A stretch of DNA of 62,592 nt, filler included, from Stramenopiles sp. TOSAG23-3 (taxonomy: Eukaryota): the NCBI GenBank assembly GCA_900128585.1. It is 5 parts of 5 records of this genome, joined end to end, with 100 filler letters (N's around TTAATTAATTAA, not from the genome) between each part and the next. Parts side by side here need not be neighbours in the genome. Positions count along the whole stretch, not along the records: positions 50,227 to 62,592 come from LT642688.1; 4 more parts are not named here. The stretch is one strand, 5' to 3'. The notes beneath the pieces were generated by a model. It worked only from the letters and a program-made list of their open reading frames with translations. It was not told the DNA's origin and searched no databases. Below, piece after piece: positions 55,992 to 62,592 of this stretch. Each line of letters opens with the position of its first letter. The first letter of the stretch is position 1. A program made the position numbers and the translations under genes.

Positions 55992-58442
55992 ATGAACCGG
56001 GAGAAGCGGGCAATCGTTCCTAAAGGGGGAAACGACTTTTCGATACCTAAGCCACCCCCGGGGCCTTTGCCTTACACAACAATGCCACGTACGGAGCTCC
56101 CAAGCGTCGGTGATACCGGGGAAATTTTGGGCGTTGAGATGATGCAAACAAATGGTCTTCCAACAGAGTTGGGGCCCATCCGAGTCCATGTCGATGCTGA
56201 TGTGGTCAAGCGAGACAGTGTGAAGAAAACGGTTGCAAAGAAATCCCAAGCAGAGGCGTGGCAATACTATCTCGGGAAACGACCAGTACAGAACGAGCTA
56301 ACTGGTATTCCTTTTGGATTCAAAACGAACGAGAGCGGCATGGCTGTTCAGTGCGCAGAAGCAGACGGAAAACCCCTGTACGACTGGCAGAGCCTGGCAT
56401 CCGTGCCCCTTAGCGAGTTAGCCGATCTGGGCACAGCTATCAAGCTAACTTTTGACTTTATGTGGCACACCTCTATTTTTTTTGGAGTCATATGGCTGTT
56501 CGGGACCATTGGTTGGATCATGCAAGTGATCAACCCGAAAAACATAAATTGGGTTAGCGTAACGTTTGTGTGGGACGTAATTTTTGTTTGGTGCTTTGCG
56601 GGGTTCATGGTCTGGCTCCGGCGCTCGATGAAGCTTCACGAGCGCGAGGTCCAATACAGAAATATCAATGCTTCCGATTATGCGATCCAGGTAGATGGGC
56701 TCCCCGACGACGCGACGGAAAACGAAATCCATGACTATTTCTCAAAATTTGGAGAACTCCATAGTGAGCCAGGACCGTTCACACCCAACATTTATCAGAC
56801 GCAATTCGACAAGACGGGGGTGTACGTGGTCCGTAACGACACAGATCTGATAACAAACGCGTACGCAATCATTGAAATAAACAGCGCAATAAGAAGCGCA
56901 GACCCAGCGAACAAGTTGGTCCTTAGGAAGCTAGAAACAAATAGAAAACACTTAATTGAAACGTACCTGCGCTTGAAGGGGTCGTCGTATCGGTGCACGG
57001 GGAAATCGTTTGTTGTGTACAAATTCAGCAAAATGCAGAGCAAGGTACTAGCAAACTACAAACAGGACGCAAAACATTTCCTGTTCCGTGGAAAAATACC
57101 ACTCAGCATTGTGGAAGCGCCAGATCCGACGGATCTGCTTTGGCGGAACCTGTCGTCCAGCCACACCATAGTTCTATTGCGTCAAATTATAATCGGATTG
57201 CTGAGCTTCGTCTACTTGTACTTCGTCAGTCTCGTAATGGTATACTGCGCAGCGTTCAATAAAGCGAACGCTAGCAACTTTTTTGTAGCCCTTCTAGGGA
57301 CAGTAGGAAACATACTCTGTTGCATCACCAGCATCGTGCTCCTCATGCCGCTGGCCAGTGTGCTGGAGGGGGTGCATACGCGCTCAATGCTTGAGGTCGT
57401 GGCGTTCCTGAAATTGAGCTGGTTTCAGTGGGCCGGGACCATATTTGCGACGCTCTATGTATATGGGTTGGACGATAACGCTGTACTGTTGGAACCACTA
57501 TCGGAAGCGCAGAGGAAGGTGTGGGGAAGCGGGCTACCCACTAAAATATGCAATACGACCAGGTTTAACTCAAGTTCAAGCATTCGTTCCGCTGGCTTTC
57601 CAGATAAGCTTATGCCGAGCGATGTTGCCGCATATGGTGAGGTGGAGTGCTGGGCATTTACGCTGCACCTGTTTGGGACAGGATTGTCCAGTTTTTTAAT
57701 TGGGAACTTGGTTGGAGACGTCTTGCTCATAAACATGATCGATTGGCTATGCCCACCGTGGTGGGGGGCAACCATAGGAGGCATAAAAAATGCATTTTAC
57801 CAAGAGGATCTTAATAAAGCGTTTGAGGGGGCCGATTTCCACCCCTACCTACGATACCAAATTTTATTGAAGTTTCTGATGGTCGGCATGACAGCATCTT
57901 GCATCGACAACCCAAGGGTCCTGTCCCTGTTCGTGGCTATATGCTTCATTCAGTGCTATGGGATTGAAAAGTACAATTTTTTGTTGCGGTACAGGGAACC
58001 TCCGGCATATGGAGCGTTCATGTACAACGTGGTGGTGCTGTATGGTCTTCCCTCTGCGCTTTTGATCCACTGCGTGATGGCAGAGATGATGTTCGGGTTT
58101 ACCTATGGGCTCACGGCGGACTTTTCGCTGATTGTTGAAACCAACGAAGTCAACGGAACGCGGTACGGCACGATCTCGCTTGTATTTTTTTTCATCGCCC
58201 TCACCTTTTGCATCGTATGGTTACTCCCGTTTAAATTTTGGGAATTTGAATCGCCAAAGAAGAAAGATCAAATTTTCCCAGAAGAAGATTCTGTGCAGCG
58301 CTTGGCAGCAGAACTTTCGTTCTACCAAGGTCTCGTTGCAGTGCAGGACAAACTTGAAATAACCCGCCATAGAAACATTAAAGTTGTGAAGTACATGCCA
58401 GACCCTACCAGAAGAGAGTTTGGTGTTCTCAAGCTTAATTAA
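55992..58442 (+). CDS. OSCA/TMEM63(CSC1)/TMC/anoctamin-superfamily channel
   Basis: Cytosolic RRM-like domain bounded by ASDYAIQVDGLP and EAPDPTDLLWRNL; about 10 TM segments; IEKYNFLLRYREPPAY motif. Confidence 0.8.
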   Translation: MNREKRAIVPKGGNDFSIPKPPPGPLPYTTMPRTELPSVGDTGEILGVEMMQTNGLPTELGPIRVHVDADVVKRDSVKKTVAKKSQAEAWQYYLGKRPVQNELTGIPFGFKTNESGMAVQCAEADGKPLYDWQSLASVPLSELADLGTAIKLTFDFMWHTSIFFGVIWLFGTIGWIMQVINPKNINWVSVTFVWDVIFVWCFAGFMVWLRRSMKLHEREVQYRNINASDYAIQVDGLPDDATENEIHDYFSKFGELHSEPGPFTPNIYQTQFDKTGVYVVRNDTDLITNAYAIIEINSAIRSADPANKLVLRKLETNRKHLIETYLRLKGSSYRCTGKSFVVYKFSKMQSKVLANYKQDAKHFLFRGKIPLSIVEAPDPTDLLWRNLSSSHTIVLLRQIIIGLLSFVYLYFVSLVMVYCAAFNKANASNFFVALLGTVGNILCCITSIVLLMPLASVLEGVHTRSMLEVVAFLKLSWFQWAGTIFATLYVYGLDDNAVLLEPLSEAQRKVWGSGLPTKICNTTRFNSSSSIRSAGFPDKLMPSDVAAYGEVECWAFTLHLFGTGLSSFLIGNLVGDVLLINMIDWLCPPWWGATIGGIKNAFYQEDLNKAFEGADFHPYLRYQILLKFLMVGMTASCIDNPRVLSLFVAICFIQCYGIEKYNFLLRYREPPAYGAFMYNVVVLYGLPSALLIHCVMAEMMFGFTYGLTADFSLIVETNEVNGTRYGTISLVFFFIALTFCIVWLLPFKFWEFESPKKKDQIFPEEDSVQRLAAELSFYQGLVAVQDKLEITRHRNIKVVKYMPDPTRREFGVLKLN

Positions 58443-58513
58443 ACCCAAAACCACAAAGGACCGAAAGTATTTACAGAACAACAACAGCAAGGAGTCTATT
58501 CTGCTCTGGTGTA

Positions 58514-61500
58514 TTATTTCTTTTTTTTCTTCATGTTCTTCCTGCTCAAAGCAAACCGCTTCTGTTCTTGGAACACCCTTTGGACGAAAAGTTCTTCCAT
58601 GCGAACGTGAAGGGGTATGTAAGGGTTTACTTTCTTGTAACACGTGACAGCCCCCCAAGCTTCCAGGTACTCCAGGTAGATCATTTCATCTGCCCCGCCT
58701 CCCGTGTCTGCGCTTCCTTCTTCCTCTTCTTCCATCTGAACGTTCATGAATATTTCGCGTGCTGCTAGCTCTGGCATATCATTAGGGACGTCTGACTTTC
58801 GAGTGACGAGTTTGCAGTCTTTCATCATGCCAAGCCATATCGGGCCGTCCATGGACGGTTCCATCGGCGGCTGGCCCGGGGCAGCGGGGTGTTCAACGGC
58901 ATAGTGCAAGAACATTGTCATGAGCTGTGGTTTGTATTTCTTGAAGACCGCTTGGACTTCGTCCATGCTGAGTTCGCCGCGAAAATTATCCGTGTTTGAT
59001 TTGCATGCGTTAGGGACGATAAACTCCGTTACGAGACGTTTTATCCGCTTGGACATGGGCTGCACGGTAGGGTAGCGACGAAATGCCATATGTACAATCC
59101 CCTCTACCCATTCAGTGGGCTGTATTTCTCTCTCGTCCTCGTCCAGCGTCCAACTATACTCTTCTTCTTCTTCCTCCTCTTCCCCCTCTTTCTCTTCCCC
59201 ATCATCGCCGTCCCCATCTTCCCCTTCTTCTTTCCCCTCCTCTGGTGCAGGCACATCTTCTTCTGCTTGAACGTCGGCGTCTGAGTCCTCGCTATAGTCG
59301 CTTTCACTATCAGACCATACCATTGCTTCCGGTTCGATTCCGTCGTCGGTAGCGTCAAAGATCTTGCTAAAATCGTCTTTTTCAACGATGTCTGTTTTGT
59401 GTGCAAATTTGCAATCGTCGCAAAATCTGTGCCATTCGGCATCAGAAATATCTGTTGGGGCACCGCCTTCCCCCCCTGCGGCGTAGTATTCAAATATTTT
59501 CTTCAGGTCCACGTAGTGGTCCCTTAAAATCTTTTCAATGTCGGCTACTTCCTGCTCCGCATCCTCTGTCGGCATTAGGGGGGCTTTGATTGCGGCCACC
59601 TCTTCCGGCGTGAGTTCCCTCGGAGGCGTTTCGTTCGCCGCCGTTCGTTTTTCTTTCCTCACCAAATTGGTCTGGTTCACCGCATCCATTAATTTTCGTA
59701 TTCGTTCTCGCTTTGTTACTGTATACCTCAAGAACTTGATCTCGTGCCGATAATCTGCTAGCATGATGGGGCATTCCCCGTTGTCTGTGTTTGGAAGGTT
59801 GCCGTGCTCCGCGTGGTCTTCTTGAAGCACTTTTGCCCCGTACAAGGTGGTCAGGAAACCGTCCATACGGCGGTATAACATCGCCCACGCCTTCCGGCCC
59901 TGTGTGGCCCTTTCCATGAGCTCGTTTACCTGCTCCTGCACATTCGACACGTCAGCAGAGACGACTTGCAGGAACGATAAGACTGAGTCGAGGCCTTCAT
60001 CATCGTGTTTCATACGAATTGCTTTCCAAGTTTTGAAATCGCACAGATCCATCGCAGTTTGCCTCGCGTCGCCCCACTTTTCTCGGACAACTTTTAGCTG
60101 TTTTCTGGCTTTCTTCACAAATATTTCTCCCAAGTTATGGGGTCGGGTTAAAAATAATCTCGTAAGGAAGGCGGCGTTTAAGAACTGGTCGAATCCCATA
60201 ATGTGACCCCTGGTAATAAATCCAACTGCCCTTGGTTTTATTTGTGCTGCCATGTCCATAACCGCGTCTATCCGTGCTTGCGGATCAATTTCACTGTCTA
60301 AGGCATCCCCGGGCCACACTTCCGGGGCCAGTTGTCTCATCATTACTGTGTACGTGACGCCATCGCGGAGATCGTTTCCAAAGTTTAAGCACTTGCGCCG
60401 GTAGGGGTAGCCATGCCTCGTCGATCGTCTCAGCGTATACTTTATCCAACGCAGAAGCAGGCGATCTTGCGGGTACTCGGGAAGCTTTTCTAGCGCTTCG
60501 TCGATGTCAGATTCTTTCATTTTGTTGTCTTTCCGGGCCATCTTGTCTTTGAACTTCTTTTCCATCTCCTTCTGCTGCTCAAACAACCGAACGCGTGCTT
60601 CCTGCTCTTTTTCTTCTGCCAAATAGTCCTCCTTCGCCCACGCCTTTTTGGCATCGTCCATGATTTCCATTCTGGCCTTCTTGGCCGCTTCGTCCATCGC
60701 TATGTGCATGTTCTCCATCGTTAGCTCCCCAATTGCCTCGCCGGCTTCTTGCCGTGCTGCAAGCTTCTCTTTCCACTCCGTTTCCACCCTCTCTTTTACC
60801 TCCGCCTCCGCCTGTTGACACTTGTTTTCCGCCACGTTTTGTTGTTTGACTCTCCGTCTGTCGGCTTTGGCCTGCTTCTGGGCCTTCAACAGATCGTTTT
60901 GCTCCTTTTTCTCCTTTTCCTTTTCTTGCTGTTCTATCTCTGCCTGCTTCGCTTTCAACTCTTCCCTGTCAATCCAGAATACCTTTGCCAACTTCATGAC
61001 GCTGGGGGACGCGGCGCACCACTTTAAGATTTTGTCCATCTCGTTCAGGATTAAGTCCACCGAATCCAGCAGGGACGTTGCCAGCGATTTTACCAATGCC
61101 ATGGTTTCCGGGTGCCGCTGTTGGTGAATGGCCTCCAACGTTTCCTTTAACTTTTGTTCCGCATCATCCCGGCGTTTGATTTGTTCGACAAGGTTTTCGT
61201 TCATCGTCTTGTTTGTGTCCTTTGCATCAATGCAAGAGTGCTTTAGGTTTTCAAGGTTCATCTGAAGATTTTCCCGCTCGTTCATAAATCGCTCCAGCCT
61301 CGTCGACACTAGCCACGTTCGCCAAGCTTTGAATATCATGCCGACAGTCTTTTCGTGGGCCTTTTGAAAGTGGGACAACAGCGACTTTCGCTGCGCTTTT
61401 AAGGCATTGATAGTATTGTGCCATTGCTGAAAGAAATGGTGCCTTAGGTTGTTTTGCCATCGCATTGTTGTCCTTATGATGGCCTGTTTTCGCCTGGCCT

Positions 61501-62089
61501 TCCTTTCGTCCGCGTTTGCTTTCGCTTCTTCCATCAATTCCCGTTGCCGCACAAGCGCTTTGGCCTTTGGCCGGAGCACGCGTGCGATTTCAAAGTGCGG
61601 CGTAGCGTGGATTAAATTTTCAAACCCGTGCAGTGATTCCAACCCTTGCACGTCTTCTTCCATATCCTCGGACCCACCAAGGGCGCCATCTCCGACCGCA
61701 TCTGCGCGGGGGGCAGAATAGATGCAGCGCATGAGGGCCCTCTTGACTTGGTGGAGGTGCCCATAGTGAGTTACTCGGTCAATCGCGTGTGCAAGCACAA
61801 CGACACATAGTGCTGTAGTTGGACGGTGCGGCCCTCGGCCTGCAAACTCTTTGCAGGCCTCTGCCAGTATAGCCTCTAGTTTCCTTTCTTCAAAATCATT
61901 TTTCTCTGCACGGTCGCAAAGTTTTAACAGCTTTTTCCCGGGAGGGGATGCTAGCCATTTATCCAATGCGTTTTCAAAATCTTCCGCATCATCATCCAGT
62001 GCTTCAAAACCGAGCCGGAACGTCAGCTCTCCCACAGCCTCCACAAGGTCGTCAAACTCGGTCGTTTCTTCGCCTTTCTCGTCCGACAT
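58514..62089 (-). CDS. Coiled-coil protein with a calponin-homology domain, Sfi1-like repeats and EF-hand-like C-terminus
   Basis: Fimbrin-like CH segment DRLLLRWIKY...NFGNDLRDG...LAPE...FITRGHI...LNAAFLTRLF; FFQQW/IFKAW repeats; LKKIFEYY...ISDAEWHRFCDDC and LMTMFLHY...MDGPIWLGMMKDC. Confidence 0.75.
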   Translation of the reverse strand: MSDEKGEETTEFDDLVEAVGELTFRLGFEALDDDAEDFENALDKWLASPPGKKLLKLCDRAEKNDFEERKLEAILAEACKEFAGRGPHRPTTALCVVVLAHAIDRVTHYGHLHQVKRALMRCIYSAPRADAVGDGALGGSEDMEEDVQGLESLHGFENLIHATPHFEIARVLRPKAKALVRQRELMEEAKANADERKARRKQAIIRTTMRWQNNLRHHFFQQWHNTINALKAQRKSLLSHFQKAHEKTVGMIFKAWRTWLVSTRLERFMNERENLQMNLENLKHSCIDAKDTNKTMNENLVEQIKRRDDAEQKLKETLEAIHQQRHPETMALVKSLATSLLDSVDLILNEMDKILKWCAASPSVMKLAKVFWIDREELKAKQAEIEQQEKEKEKKEQNDLLKAQKQAKADRRRVKQQNVAENKCQQAEAEVKERVETEWKEKLAARQEAGEAIGELTMENMHIAMDEAAKKARMEIMDDAKKAWAKEDYLAEEKEQEARVRLFEQQKEMEKKFKDKMARKDNKMKESDIDEALEKLPEYPQDRLLLRWIKYTLRRSTRHGYPYRRKCLNFGNDLRDGVTYTVMMRQLAPEVWPGDALDSEIDPQARIDAVMDMAAQIKPRAVGFITRGHIMGFDQFLNAAFLTRLFLTRPHNLGEIFVKKARKQLKVVREKWGDARQTAMDLCDFKTWKAIRMKHDDEGLDSVLSFLQVVSADVSNVQEQVNELMERATQGRKAWAMLYRRMDGFLTTLYGAKVLQEDHAEHGNLPNTDNGECPIMLADYRHEIKFLRYTVTKRERIRKLMDAVNQTNLVRKEKRTAANETPPRELTPEEVAAIKAPLMPTEDAEQEVADIEKILRDHYVDLKKIFEYYAAGGEGGAPTDISDAEWHRFCDDCKFAHKTDIVEKDDFSKIFDATDDGIEPEAMVWSDSESDYSEDSDADVQAEEDVPAPEEGKEEGEDGDGDDGEEKEGEEEEEEEEYSWTLDEDEREIQPTEWVEGIVHMAFRRYPTVQPMSKRIKRLVTEFIVPNACKSNTDNFRGELSMDEVQAVFKKYKPQLMTMFLHYAVEHPAAPGQPPMEPSMDGPIWLGMMKDCKLVTRKSDVPNDMPELAAREIFMNVQMEEEEEGSADTGGGADEMIYLEYLEAWGAVTCYKKVNPYIPLHVRMEELFVQRVFQEQKRFALSRKNMKKKKK

Positions 62090-62515
62090 CGTTTGGCGTA
62101 GTTTAGTCGAGGACCAATCGTTTCGTTTCGCCGACTTCCTCGGTGCCTCCTAAAGGCTTTACTTTTTAAAGAAAATTTAGCAACAACAAGATCAAGTGAC
62201 CGAACATCCGGTTTCTTTTTCCCGTCGTGCCTGTGGCGATGTTTAATTGCTTTGAGTCGTATAAATGGAAGAACTCGTCTTTTTTTAAATAAATGATGTG
62301 TTGTTAGCTATAATTAATAATATTGTTTTAAACGTATACAACAACAACAACAACAACAACAAACAAAAGCAACAAATTCTTCTTTTCTTCTTCTTCTTCC
62401 GGTCGTCCTCCTGTCCTGTCCTCCTCAATGTAATTTTCTTGCTGCTCTATAACCGTTTGCAACTTACAACCTGCAAGCAGCAACCTTCAGTTGCTACCGA
62501 CCGGTATTATAAATA

Positions 62516-62525
62516 TTCTTTCTTT

Positions 62526-62592
<67 letters not shown>
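62516..62592. repeat. (TTTC)n microsatellite at the contig end
   Basis: tttc array running to the window end. Confidence 0.95.

Overview
Eukaryotic (protist) genomic DNA, not prokaryotic. The window is five separate contigs of about 12.4 kb joined by 100-bp N44-TTAATTAATTAA-N44 linkers (12482-12581, 25057-25156, 37606-37705, 50127-50226), so adjacency across linkers means nothing. It holds about 22 apparently intronless genes as GC-richer islands in very AT-rich, microsatellite-laden intergenic DNA. A tenascin/mastigoneme-like EGF protein and an LCIB-family protein suggest a stramenopile (inference). Highlights: (1) a signal-peptide protein fusing an Osm1/flavocytochrome-c-type fumarate reductase, a cytochrome b5 domain and an Erv/ALR sulfhydryl oxidase, a candidate one-chain dithiol-to-fumarate relay for oxygen-independent disulfide formation; (2) an Ariadne-type RBR E3 ligase with an apparently catalytic E2 (UBC) domain inserted inside RING1; (3) a BPI/TULIP-like ectodomain fused to two PqiA/LetA-like membrane domains; (4) an LCIB/theta-carbonic-anhydrase homologue with a degenerate CxDE motif; (5) a dispersed non-coding element found between convergent genes on three contigs, one copy forming a ~320-bp foldback; (6) an AMACR gene whose mitochondrial-type presequence is out of frame by 1 nt at a G10 run. 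All family calls come from motif recognition by eye; no database search was run. No tRNA, rRNA or CRISPR was recognised.
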